Assembly: GCA_040880145.1 (NCBI GenBank)
Contig: JBBDIZ010000025.1
Location: 1 to 16,615, forward strand
DNA from: Simkaniaceae bacterium
Lineage (GTDB): Bacteria; Chlamydiota; Chlamydiia; Chlamydiales; JAJFMI01
DNA length: 16,615 nucleotides
Reading direction: 5' to 3'
Part shown: positions 6,792 to 16,515 of the stretch, piece after piece
Layout of the letters: each line of letters begins with the position of its first letter
How positions within the stretch are numbered: position 1 is the first letter of the stretch
Notes under the pieces: model-generated
What the model was told of the DNA's origin: nothing
Seen by the model: only the letters and a program-made list of their open reading frames with translations
The model's database searches: none
Made by a program: the position numbers and the translations under genes

Positions 6792-8060
6792 ATGCTTAAA
6801 CTAAAAAAGAAGACCTGCTCTGCCAGGTCTTCTCGTCTTACACTTTTTGCAATCCTTTCTCTTTTTTTCATTGATAATTTTGGAATGGCGTTAGTCTATC
6901 CCATTTTTACGCCCTTGATCCTGCTTTCAGACTATGGCTTTTCAACTCCAATGATGAGCTCCGAGCTGAAAACATTCATGCTAGGATTTTTAATTCTATC
7001 CTTTCCGCTTGCTCAATTGCTTTCAGCACCCATTATCGGAAACTTAGCGGACATTTATGGACGAAAACGCGCCTTCTTTTTTACTCTTATTGGAGAAGTG
7101 ATAGGCTATTTTCTCTCTGGGATCAGTATTGAAATTAAAAGCTATTCCCTTCTTATCTTCTCCCGTCTCCTAACAGGTTTTTTTGCAGGGAATCTCATCA
7201 TCTGTCTATCCAGCATGAGCGATATCTGTAAAAGTGAAGGAAAACGTTCGAAATACTTTGGTCTTCTCGCGTTAACCGGGGCCTTAAGCTTTATCTTAGC
7301 CATATTGACAGGAGGCGCGTTTTCAGACCGTCTCATCAACCCAAGATTCAACTCAGCACTCCCCTTCTGGATCACAACAGCTTTAGCGCTTTTGAATCTC
7401 TACATCATATTTCGGTTCTACAAAGAAACCCATAATGAAAATGATAGACACAAAACCTCAATAAAGCATTTTTTCAACCAATATCTTGTTTTTTTTAGAC
7501 TAAAAAAAATTTATCTTCCAACACTGAGTTACTTCTTTTTTATCTTGGGTTGGATCTCCAGCATCCAGTTCCTTTCATTACTTGTAATCAACGATTATGG
7601 AGGAAACAAAAAAACAGTAACGGCTCTTTTTTTAGGAATTGGGATTGTTTGGATTATTGGAAATGGTCTAATCAATTTATTTCTCCAAAAAATACTAAAG
7701 CCTTATACCTTAGCGATCCTCACCCTTTTTTTTACAACGCTTCTCTATTTTTTCATTTCACTTAAGCCCTCTTTCCAAGTCTTTGTTTCATTTTATTTAT
7801 TCGCCTCTCTCTTCGCTTCTATTAGCTGGACAAACTTGGTTGCATCGATCAGCCTCAACGCCAACAAAGCTTGCCAAGGAAAACTTCTAGGATTTAACCA
7901 AGGCATCGCAACTCTAGCCGTCGTCCTATCCCCGCTGATTGCTGTAAATCTCCTTGCTTTCGACCCCATCACCCTCTACTACCTAGTCACAGCCGCGCTC
8001 TTTTTCTCTTTTATTTGCATTTTCTTAAGCTTCATGCTATCGAGAAGACTAAAATACTAA
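6792..8060 (+). CDS. MFS transporter, DHA1/TetA-like drug:H+ antiporter family
   Basis: About 12 hydrophobic segments; motif A GNLADIYGRKR, FIDNFG in TM1, SRLLTGFFAG in TM4. Substrate unknown. Confidence 0.9.
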   Translation: MLKLKKKTCSARSSRLTLFAILSLFFIDNFGMALVYPIFTPLILLSDYGFSTPMMSSELKTFMLGFLILSFPLAQLLSAPIIGNLADIYGRKRAFFFTLIGEVIGYFLSGISIEIKSYSLLIFSRLLTGFFAGNLIICLSSMSDICKSEGKRSKYFGLLALTGALSFILAILTGGAFSDRLINPRFNSALPFWITTALALLNLYIIFRFYKETHNENDRHKTSIKHFFNQYLVFFRLKKIYLPTLSYFFFILGWISSIQFLSLLVINDYGGNKKTVTALFLGIGIVWIIGNGLINLFLQKILKPYTLAILTLFFTTLLYFFISLKPSFQVFVSFYLFASLFASISWTNLVASISLNANKACQGKLLGFNQGIATLAVVLSPLIAVNLLAFDPITLYYLVTAALFFSFICIFLSFMLSRRLKY

Positions 8061-8071
8061 CGTGCTTTTCT

Positions 8072-8425
8072 ATGCAAAACAAAAAAAAATTACTACTTGG
8101 AATTTCTCTTTTTGGACTTTGTGGATGTCAACTCAGAACCTCTGAGGCGCCACCTCAACACACCAATTATGCCTCTTTTGACTCTAGAGAGCGTCAACAG
8201 ATTCAACTTAAAAACCCAGAAATCATTCAAAAAATTGACTGCCGTCAAGAACTCTCCATAGAGGATATCAAAACCTTAAACCGACTCAAAATTCATGAGA
8301 AAACCATCATCCATTTGATTGCAAAAACCAATAGCCGCTACAATCTTACAACTGCTCAAGTAATCGAGCTTAAAAATGATGGTGTTTCTCAAAGAGTCAT
8401 TGACTTCATGATCAATAACACCTAG
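8072..8425 (+). CDS. Small lipoprotein with a helical C-terminal domain
   Basis: ATG 8072 gives MQNKKKLLLGISLFGLCG-C (lipobox) and avoids overlap with the MFS gene. C-terminus LSIEDIKTL...LTTAQVIELKNDGVSQRVIDFMIN. Confidence 0.75.
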   Translation: MQNKKKLLLGISLFGLCGCQLRTSEAPPQHTNYASFDSRERQQIQLKNPEIIQKIDCRQELSIEDIKTLNRLKIHEKTIIHLIAKTNSRYNLTTAQVIELKNDGVSQRVIDFMINNT

Positions 8426-8499
8426 ATTTAATCGACTATATTCCGAAACAAACTTGAATTTTCTTGTGAAATATTCACCCTCTTATAGACAATGAGCTC

Positions 8500-9519
8500 A
8501 TGCAGGCACAATTCCAAGAATTTGTTGAAAAGTATAGCGGTAGAGCTCTTAAAGAGTTCCATAAAGTCATTCGCTCTTTTGTCCTTTTTAACCTCATCTC
8601 GCTTTTTGTAATTGCGTCTGAATGCGTCAGCTTATTTTATTGGATTAACTTCAATCCTAAAAGCCTTCCTCTTGCAATTAATATCGCTCTTATTTGTTTA
8701 TCCCTCTTTACCTACTTTGTGCTGTTCACCTATTTCCAGGCAAAAAAACCCGAAGAATTAAAAAAAATTAAAAAGTGGTTTATCTCAAGTTTAGAAGAGG
8801 ATATTCATGCTGAAAAAGGCACAAGCGAATATCATCTTTTACTCGCCAACTCTTCCTATCAATTTTCCTCTTTTTTACACAAAAGTGAATACCACTGTTA
8901 TAAGTTCCCTTTTTCTCTCTCCTCATTCAATATTTTACTTCGTAAATTAAGCTTCTTTCTCCATTGGCATGATTGCCATATCATGAAAGAAATGCTTCTT
9001 TTAGAATCGATATCAGAGCATGGAAAATTAATCAAAAAAGAGCCTACCGACTTAGAAGCTCACGCCTCATTGGCTAACGCTTATATCGCTCTATCCCGTC
9101 TTTATAAATTACCTGAAGATGCCTCGCTGAAATGGCGCTTGAAGTTTTTTTTAAGTAGCAGCAGCCGTGAAAAATTTCATGCCGCTGCCAAGCGCGCTAT
9201 TGAAGAGCTTAAGATTCTAGATGCTTATTCACCTAAAGACCCCTGGGTACAGGCGCAACTCGCCTCTTGTTATCACGATTTAGAACTCACTGACGAAGAA
9301 ATCAAAGCTTATGAATCAATTATTGAACTCTATCCTGAGGATCGAAAAATTCTATTTCGTTTAGGTCAACTCTATTTCAAGCAAGGCATTAATTCAAAAG
9401 GACTCAAAATCTATGACTCCTTAAAAAAGCTCGATAAAAATGCCGCCATTGAAATGATTGAACACTATGATAGCTTCATTTTTGGAAAATTCAGCGAGAC
9501 CGGTCCCACTTCAATCTAA
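8500..9519 (+). CDS. Membrane-anchored TPR protein (resembles chlamydial CT484/CPn0602 family)
   Basis: Two adjacent N-terminal TM segments; TPR-like units PTDLEAHASLANAY, PKDPWVQAQLASCY, PEDRKILFRLGQLYF. Family name recalled, not searched. Confidence 0.8.
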   Translation: MQAQFQEFVEKYSGRALKEFHKVIRSFVLFNLISLFVIASECVSLFYWINFNPKSLPLAINIALICLSLFTYFVLFTYFQAKKPEELKKIKKWFISSLEEDIHAEKGTSEYHLLLANSSYQFSSFLHKSEYHCYKFPFSLSSFNILLRKLSFFLHWHDCHIMKEMLLLESISEHGKLIKKEPTDLEAHASLANAYIALSRLYKLPEDASLKWRLKFFLSSSSREKFHAAAKRAIEELKILDAYSPKDPWVQAQLASCYHDLELTDEEIKAYESIIELYPEDRKILFRLGQLYFKQGINSKGLKIYDSLKKLDKNAAIEMIEHYDSFIFGKFSETGPTSI

Positions 9520-9539
9520 CGATTGCCGAAAACCAAACC

Positions 9540-9569
9540 TTGATTGCAAGAGAGCTATTGATGTATAAA
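9540..9569 (+). promoter_or_regulatory. Candidate sigma70/sigma66-type promoter for the TPR-vWA-rsmD run
   Basis: TTGATT-N18-TATAAA in the intergenic region; weak evidence given the AT-rich background. Confidence 0.25.
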
Positions 9570-9671
9570 AAATAACTTGTATACTCAAAATATTTACTAT
9601 GTAACTCTCGATGTTTACTTCCTCTGAAACGGCAGTGAGGATCAAGATTTAGATAGAATATGGAAGGGATT

Positions 9672-12479
9672 ATGAAAAAACTTGCGAGTTTAATTTTATT
9701 CGGGTGTTCGGTGATTGCCACCAATCCGGTACAAGCCGATTTGACCTTAGAAACCTCCACTTATGAAGAGGCCTTTTTAGTGCGTCGAATCGCTGAATTT
9801 TTTAAAGACGGCGATTATGACATTGTGAAACAACAAATTCAGGACTTTTTTGTCCGTTACCCAAACAGCCCCTTAAAGGAGCATTTGCATGGTGTATTAG
9901 GGGATCTCTACTTGGAAGAAGCCTCTTATGATCAAGCGCTGGAAAACTACGCAAAAATCGAAGACCATGATGTGGCAATGAAAATCTTTCTCAATAAGCT
10001 GCAGTGCTACTATGAACTCTCCAGTTATGAAAATATTACCGATGAAGGCACTTCGCTTCATGCCAGAGACATTGAAAAATTCGGAGATAGAAAAGATGAA
10101 TTTAACTTTTTAATGGCTGAGAGCCTCTATCGACAAGCTTTGGATGCTACAGAACAATGCAACAAAGAGAGCTTGGCCTCCATGGCAATGAATTTTTATG
10201 AAAAGCTCTCAAATAGCTCCTATGCAGATGTTTCCCATTTTGCACTTGCTGAAATCTATTCAATTCTAAAAATGGATGAAAAAGCTGTGGAGACTTTTTT
10301 AAAGCTTGCCTCTTCTCATCCCAATATGAAAGAAGAGCTTCTCTTTAAAGCCGCTTCAAATTTAGCCATGTATGATAAAAAACAAGCGATTGCAGAATAT
10401 GCGCGCATCATCGATCTCGATGGGAATTTTTCTAAAGAAGCGAGCTTTAATCAGTTAATTCTCTTTTACCAAACAGGAGAATATGAAAAGGTCATTCAAG
10501 CTTTTCCGAGAATTGAGCGGACGATACCGGAAAGCCAACTGCCTACTTTCCAATACATTTTAGCGAAAAGCTACTTCTCGATAAAAGATTTTGAAAAGGC
10601 AATTGAGCCCATTTCCGCCTTCATTTCGACAGCAAACAGCAAAAACCCCCACTACAAAAATGCTCTATTGATTTCCATGGCCTGCGCTTATGAAATGAAA
10701 AACTCTTCACTTTTTGGAGAGAACCTTTCGCTTTTTAAAACCCATTTTAATCATGATGGAGAACTCCCAAAAGCGCTTTTTATGCATGCCATGCTTTCTA
10801 AAGAATCGGGCTCCTCCAAGGAAGTTCTTCATGAGCTTGAGGAATTAATGAGCAAGCATAAAGACTTCAACCAAAGAGAAAGCCTTCTTTTTGAGTATGC
10901 CTTTATCACGCATCAAAATGGTCTGTATCAAAAAAGCAGAAAAAGCGCCAAAGAATACTTAGATGAATTTACAGGCTCTTCAAGAGAGGGCGCGGCTTGG
11001 AAACTCTATCTCTCAAGTTCATTAGAGGTCTATAAAGCTGAAGAGAACTTAGATGAGAAAAGTTATGGCAAGGAGCAATTCTTTGCCGATCTAGCACAAG
11101 TTCTTGAAAAAAAGGATCTTTTAAAAGATGAGGAAAAATCTGAGTATCAACTTCTCTATGCCAAAATGGCCTATGAGCTAGGTTTTTATCCGAAAGCTTT
11201 CGATGCCCTTACAGAATATGTTGACTCTTCCTTTGCAAGCGAGCTTACTGAAGCGCATTTTCTCATGGGACTCTGTCTGCATCACTTAGAAAATGATGTC
11301 CATCTTATGGTCGGCCATTTTGAAAAAGTGATCGAGCTCGATCCGGAATTTAAGCAAAAAGCTCTTGTCCATCTTCATCTTTTCAATGGCTATCTCCAGG
11401 TTCGAGAAGGAATTAAAAACGAGACATTAAAAGAAGATTACACCTCAAAAGCTGCCAATCATCTTTATACTTCCATGCAGCTTTCGGACCACCCGATCAA
11501 GCTTGAAAACCGTCTCTGGCTTGCCGATCATTATTATAAAAAAGCCAAGTTTTTGATGAATAATGATCTCATACTCTCCAATGCAGATCTCGAAAAGATG
11601 CAAAATTTCACTAAACGTGGAAGCGAACTTTATAAAAACGTTCTCTATCCAAATAATCGAAAAAAACTTATTCAGCTTACCAAAGAGACTCTCTACTTAG
11701 AGTCTGAAGCCTTAAAGTATTGTGAACTTTTGGATACAGACAAAAAATACAATGAAAAAATTGCGCTGCTAAAAGATTTAGTTGAGATGCAAGATGCCCA
11801 TCCCGATCTCTCTTGGACCTTTACGCGAACTGCTCTTTTTGAGCTTGCAAATGCCTATGAAAGGAATAAAGATTTTGAAAAAGCGCTCGATACCTATAGC
11901 TTTATCTCAAATAGAGAGCGAAACATCTCCTCCCCTATCGTAAATGTGGCCACATTCCATAGCGCCAAGCTTCGCTTCCTTCTTCTCGAAGAGGGTCAAA
12001 AAAGCGAATCCAATGAGGAGATTCATGAGATATTGACGCAGCTTAAAGAGCTCCAGATTCGAAAAACGGCAGAATCAGAGCCCGTCCACTTAGAAGCTGC
12101 CATCGAATATGCTCGAGTTCGCGCTTTTTTAGCTAAAGCCGAAGAAAAAGATGCCCGCTATCTTTTCTTTTTAAATCGAATGGTAGAAGACTTTAGCGCA
12201 TCAGACGATCTGCTCAATAAACACTACAAAGAGTCTTTAGCAAAAGCACCGGAGAAGCAAGAACTTTTTAATAACTACATGAGTTATATCCAAGCTGAAA
12301 GACTCCGCATTAAAGCGAAGAATAAACGAGCAGAAAATGCTCTTTTAGAGGCTGAAGAGCTCAACGAACAAGCCCTTTCTATTCTCTTTGAGTTGGAAGA
12401 AAATGAAACCTTAAAAGAGTATCTTCATAAACGTATATTGAAAAGTATTGATGAGATTAGTGAGCAAGAAACTTTTTAA
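9672..12479 (+). CDS. Large exported TPR / alpha-solenoid protein (about 935 aa)
   Basis: ATG 9672 after SD GGAAGG; signal peptide MKKLASLILFGCSVIATNPVQA-D. Many TPR-like units (FFVRYPNSP...LGDLY, ALFELANAYERNKDFEKALDTY, EAHFLMGLCL). Confidence 0.85.
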   Translation: MKKLASLILFGCSVIATNPVQADLTLETSTYEEAFLVRRIAEFFKDGDYDIVKQQIQDFFVRYPNSPLKEHLHGVLGDLYLEEASYDQALENYAKIEDHDVAMKIFLNKLQCYYELSSYENITDEGTSLHARDIEKFGDRKDEFNFLMAESLYRQALDATEQCNKESLASMAMNFYEKLSNSSYADVSHFALAEIYSILKMDEKAVETFLKLASSHPNMKEELLFKAASNLAMYDKKQAIAEYARIIDLDGNFSKEASFNQLILFYQTGEYEKVIQAFPRIERTIPESQLPTFQYILAKSYFSIKDFEKAIEPISAFISTANSKNPHYKNALLISMACAYEMKNSSLFGENLSLFKTHFNHDGELPKALFMHAMLSKESGSSKEVLHELEELMSKHKDFNQRESLLFEYAFITHQNGLYQKSRKSAKEYLDEFTGSSREGAAWKLYLSSSLEVYKAEENLDEKSYGKEQFFADLAQVLEKKDLLKDEEKSEYQLLYAKMAYELGFYPKAFDALTEYVDSSFASELTEAHFLMGLCLHHLENDVHLMVGHFEKVIELDPEFKQKALVHLHLFNGYLQVREGIKNETLKEDYTSKAANHLYTSMQLSDHPIKLENRLWLADHYYKKAKFLMNNDLILSNADLEKMQNFTKRGSELYKNVLYPNNRKKLIQLTKETLYLESEALKYCELLDTDKKYNEKIALLKDLVEMQDAHPDLSWTFTRTALFELANAYERNKDFEKALDTYSFISNRERNISSPIVNVATFHSAKLRFLLLEEGQKSESNEEIHEILTQLKELQIRKTAESEPVHLEAAIEYARVRAFLAKAEEKDARYLFFLNRMVEDFSASDDLLNKHYKESLAKAPEKQELFNNYMSYIQAERLRIKAKNKRAENALLEAEELNEQALSILFELEENETLKEYLHKRILKSIDEISEQETF

Positions 12480-15400
12480 TGAAACCCTGTTTACTCTTAT
12501 TAACTCTACTCTCTTTTGAGATTACGGATCTTGCTGGATCTCTAAATTTACAAGATCAGGAGGGGGTTTTATCCTCTCTTGATCGAGTTATAGAAAACGT
12601 AATCTCATATGAGCTAGATCCCCTTTTACAATCTTCGGCTTTTAAGCCAAAGCCTCAAGCAACCTATCCGCCCTACCTCCTTTGCTATCGAAGCCCCTCT
12701 TCTTCTTTTGACCCGGATGAAATTAAAAACTTTTTTTTGAGCTCATCTCAAGAAGATTTTTTCTTCTTTAAAGCGCCCAAAAAAGAGCTTAAAAAACAGC
12801 ACCTTATCTTTTCTCAAACCTCAAACCTCCTCTTGATTGATTTAGAAATTCAATACCATGTTGATGACGTCTATCGCTTTGTTACTTATCCAAAAAAAGA
12901 GAAAAACTCTTTTTCAAATCACAGCTTTCCCTCGATTCCCTTTGAAGAAATGGCAAGCGCCTATCTTATCGACTTTGTCCTCTCTCAAATAGACCAAACC
13001 TCAACGCTTATCCAACTCCCCTCTCTTCTTCCTGCCAAAAGCTCCTTCCCTTTTTTCTCTTCAAAGTGCGCGCGCTCACTCCTTGCAATCAATATTGATA
13101 TTCAAACCATCGAGAGCATCAAAGAGCGCCTAAAACTCCATCCAGAGTTTGAACTTCTCTTTAAGTCTTATATAAGCCCCCCTTGCCTCAAGAGCCCTTC
13201 AACGAAAACGCCCTCTCCTTCTTTCTCTTTTGACGAGGATAAAATCCCCCCCTTTTCTAGTCTCAACCTCACGCCCTATACCCAAAAAACAAGACTTGCA
13301 ACCACTCTTTACTTAACTTTTGAAGCCCCTTTTTCCCTCCTTATCGAAAAAGAAAAAGAGCTTCCCCTATTTGTTGCCTATTTACTTGAAGATCCCGGGA
13401 AAAACTTTCCTTCAAATCCAACTATTGAAGTGGTCTCAACCCACACCTCTTTAACCCCCTTTCGATTAGAAGAGGAAGAGCCGATTTACCTTCAAAAGCC
13501 TCGCTTTTTACAAAGTAAAACTTGGGCTAGAGAAATTGTCAGACAAGTAGAGGAGCATTTTTTAAAAACCGCTATGCTCTCTTTATGTGTTCAACAAAGA
13601 AAAAAAGAGGAAGACGTTAGAAGATGCCGGCACCTGCTCCCAGAGAAAGAACATCAAACCCTCGATCGACTCTCTCTGAATAATCAAAACCGAATTCTCG
13701 AGGAGGCCTCCTATCCTTTAAGCCTCCAAATCACTGAGACCTCGACCCTGCTTTCGCCAATGGCTATTGCCTCTACGGTTAAAAAGGCCTCCCTCCCATC
13801 CATTCACAGTCCTTTGTTTAATTCGTTATTACCCCATGTTTTGGAACTGAAAAAAAAGACCGAAAGCTCTCTTTTCTTAACCAGCTGCTTGCCAAAAACT
13901 GAGCTGAAAAAGACCCTGCTTATTTTAAGCTCTCATCTTAAACCGCCTCAAGAAACCAGCCAAAACGTCGTTGAGACCCTAAACATCCTTTCAACAGAGC
14001 CCCCCTCTCTTAATGCCATTGCACTCAACCCTCTTTCTAAAAAAGTGCCAAAAAGAACTTCTTCGATACTCCCGCCTCCAAATCCGCTTTATCCTGTTAT
14101 CTTTTTAACAGAAGCAAAAGGAATCGACGCCTTTTTCTCCCCCCTTGCTACTACAGAAATTATGAAAAAAACACTTAGCTTTGCTTTTAGCTTAAAGGTC
14201 GAAAAATCGACAAGCAGCGAAACCCTTCAACTAGCACTTGAAGAAAGCGGGCACTCTTTACAAAGCCTTGAAATCCCCTCAATTCAATCAGAAATTTCCC
14301 TAAAACCCTCCCTTTTAGCACCAAAAGCATACGCTCTTGCCCCTTATTTAAAACATGAGGATCCCTCTTATTCATTAACACACGTGGCGCCAAAAAAACC
14401 CGCCAAAGCGCCCCTAAACCCTTTCAATCACCTCTCTACTGCATTTGATTTAGAATTCCCCCATATTGACTTTAACATCGAAGAAAGCCTCGTATTAACG
14501 CTCTATAATGGACATACCTTCATTAAGGAAGGCTTCGGAGTTGCCCTAGTTACCAAAGAACTTGTCAAAAGTTTGACAAGTGAAGAATTTTTTCATCAAG
14601 AAATCGAAAAAGACCCCCTTCTTTGCCATCATAAATCCGCTTCATCTCCAAGAAAAGAAAAGCGCAAGATCGGAACCCCCTTTATTGAAATCGAAGAGAC
14701 GACCTCTCTTTTTTCACGCCCCTTAAAGGAAATCATCGCACTTTTTGATAGCGAAAAAGAGTCGGAAGTTTTTAGTCCCCTTACAATTCAGGCACGTGAC
14801 TTTAGCTCTCACTCCCGCCATCAAAGACTTAACCGCATTTACCGCCACTTAACCGCTGACTATTTACACTTTCCAACACTTGAGGAGTTAAGTACAGACT
14901 CCCTCCATAACCCCTTTGAAATTTATGTTGAATTCGTTCCCGATACATACAAAAACGGCTACCTCTTTTCTTGCGAATTAAAGCTGCCTAAAGCCTTCAA
15001 CTACCCCTCTGAAAAAACCCATTATCTCTTTTTAATCGACCGATCAAAAGCCGTAGAAAAGCACCGATTCACCCTATTTAAAAATGCGCTTTCTAGATCA
15101 TTAAGCTACCTAAAGGAAGGCGACACCTTCAATATCGCTCTTTTCGACACCAAAGCGAAATACCTCTTTTCAAAGGACCAAGAGGTCAATGAAAGCAGCC
15201 TATCGAAAGCAAAGCACTTTTTAAGCAATGAAGAGCACGCGAAGCTCTTTAAAACGATGAACCTCTACGACTTAATTTATGAAGCGAAAGAAGAGTCCAG
15301 CTACAGAGAAAGCCTAACAAACGTCGTGATTTTAACCAGTTCGACAACGATCTCCGACCTTCGAACAAAAAGAAGCGATCTGAAGAAAATCATGTCTGAG

Positions 15401-15940
15401 AAAGGACAAGACTTCTCTCTATTTATTGCAACCTGTTGCAATAAAACAGCAAGAGCGCAGCAAGAGCTTCTTTGCACATGGAATCATGGCGAGATGCTCT
15501 ACTCTCCGACAAATGCCTCCTTTGGGCGAAAATTTGCCTCTCTCATCCGGCGTATTTCGCAACCTGTTGCGAGAAACATCCAGCTGACCCCCATTGCGAC
15601 TAAAGAGACCGGAAACATCACACTCATCTCTTCAAAAGAATTTGACCAGCCCTCTCTTTACTCAGATAACATCTATAAATTTCACGGAACCATTGAGAAC
15701 TTAAGCGATTTTGAACTCTTCTTACAAGGGACAGGTCAACGCGATTATCTCAACATCACGCAAACGATTTCCTTTGATAAAGCCTTAAAAGTGGGACGCG
15801 GCCTCCGATCAGAAATTGCCAAAAAAGAGGCGCTTCTCTACTATCAATCCTATCTAGAGGAAGGCGACACAAGTTATTTAGAGAAAGCCTCCCTTATAAC
15901 TCAACCCTACGACATCGAACTACCACATCAATGGGATTAA
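12479..15940 (+). CDS. Large protein with a long S/L/P/K/E-rich N-terminal region and a C-terminal vWA domain (ITIH/vault-like type)
   Basis: Uninterrupted 1153-codon ORF coupled to the upstream gene by TAATG. YLFLIDRS...FKNALSRSLSYLKEGDTFNIALFD matches the vWA beta1-alpha1-beta2 pattern. Confidence 0.8.
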   Translation: MKPCLLLLTLLSFEITDLAGSLNLQDQEGVLSSLDRVIENVISYELDPLLQSSAFKPKPQATYPPYLLCYRSPSSSFDPDEIKNFFLSSSQEDFFFFKAPKKELKKQHLIFSQTSNLLLIDLEIQYHVDDVYRFVTYPKKEKNSFSNHSFPSIPFEEMASAYLIDFVLSQIDQTSTLIQLPSLLPAKSSFPFFSSKCARSLLAINIDIQTIESIKERLKLHPEFELLFKSYISPPCLKSPSTKTPSPSFSFDEDKIPPFSSLNLTPYTQKTRLATTLYLTFEAPFSLLIEKEKELPLFVAYLLEDPGKNFPSNPTIEVVSTHTSLTPFRLEEEEPIYLQKPRFLQSKTWAREIVRQVEEHFLKTAMLSLCVQQRKKEEDVRRCRHLLPEKEHQTLDRLSLNNQNRILEEASYPLSLQITETSTLLSPMAIASTVKKASLPSIHSPLFNSLLPHVLELKKKTESSLFLTSCLPKTELKKTLLILSSHLKPPQETSQNVVETLNILSTEPPSLNAIALNPLSKKVPKRTSSILPPPNPLYPVIFLTEAKGIDAFFSPLATTEIMKKTLSFAFSLKVEKSTSSETLQLALEESGHSLQSLEIPSIQSEISLKPSLLAPKAYALAPYLKHEDPSYSLTHVAPKKPAKAPLNPFNHLSTAFDLEFPHIDFNIEESLVLTLYNGHTFIKEGFGVALVTKELVKSLTSEEFFHQEIEKDPLLCHHKSASSPRKEKRKIGTPFIEIEETTSLFSRPLKEIIALFDSEKESEVFSPLTIQARDFSSHSRHQRLNRIYRHLTADYLHFPTLEELSTDSLHNPFEIYVEFVPDTYKNGYLFSCELKLPKAFNYPSEKTHYLFLIDRSKAVEKHRFTLFKNALSRSLSYLKEGDTFNIALFDTKAKYLFSKDQEVNESSLSKAKHFLSNEEHAKLFKTMNLYDLIYEAKEESSYRESLTNVVILTSSTTISDLRTKRSDLKKIMSEKGQDFSLFIATCCNKTARAQQELLCTWNHGEMLYSPTNASFGRKFASLIRRISQPVARNIQLTPIATKETGNITLISSKEFDQPSLYSDNIYKFHGTIENLSDFELFLQGTGQRDYLNITQTISFDKALKVGRGLRSEIAKKEALLYYQSYLEEGDTSYLEKASLITQPYDIELPHQWD

Positions 15941-16515
15941 GGATTATCGGCGGAAGCCACCGAGGCCGGATCATCAAATCGCTGCCTGGAAAAACAACCC
16001 GTCCGACTCAAGAAAAGGTAAGAGAAGCCCTCTTTAATTTCTTACAAACAAGCCTATTCGACGCAAATTTTCTTGATTTATTTGGAGGCACAGGAGCCAT
16101 TGGTTTTGAAGCGCTCTCTCGAGGCGCGAAAAAGGCCACCTTTATCGAAAAAAACAAAGCCGCCTACCTCACACTTCTTGAAAATAGCAAAAAACTGAAC
16201 TTTAGCGATAAAACCCATATTCTTTTTGGCTCCGTTGACCGGCATCTGCCCAAGTTAAAGGGCCCCTTTGATATCGTCTACATCGATCCTCCCTATGACA
16301 CCCCTTTTCTACACTACCAAAAATGGCTTAAACTCCTCGCTGAAAAGGCTCTTTCAAAAGAAGCTCTCCTTATTATTGAAGAGGACCAAGACCGAACTGA
16401 ACACTTTAAACTGAAACTTCATCCCTTCCTTTTCTATCAAGAGACCAAAAACTACGGCCGAACCCAACTCCATATATTAAAATTTTCAAAAATAAACGAA
16501 TCTAACCCCATCTAA
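15931..16515 (+). CDS. rsmD: 16S rRNA (guanine(966)-N2)-methyltransferase RsmD
   Basis: LRIIGG.HRGR, TRPT..KVREALFN, LDLFGGTGAIGFEALSRGA, DIVYIDPPY, YGRT. Confidence 0.95.
   Translation: MGLRIIGGSHRGRIIKSLPGKTTRPTQEKVREALFNFLQTSLFDANFLDLFGGTGAIGFEALSRGAKKATFIEKNKAAYLTLLENSKKLNFSDKTHILFGSVDRHLPKLKGPFDIVYIDPPYDTPFLHYQKWLKLLAEKALSKEALLIIEEDQDRTEHFKLKLHPFLFYQETKNYGRTQLHILKFSKINESNPI

Noticed and set aside
6792..8060. Calling the MFS a tetracycline-resistance gene
   Set aside because: Only family-level motifs are present, with no tetR or mobile context; substrate cannot be inferred.
8466..8478. Small dyad GTGAA-ATA-TTCAC upstream of the TPR membrane protein
   Set aside because: A 5-bp arm palindrome is common by chance and I saw no second copy.
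7142..14393. ORFs 7142-7375, 7550-7765, 9491-9760, 14187-14393
   Set aside because: Nested in or antisense to larger supported genes, with no motif or RBS support.
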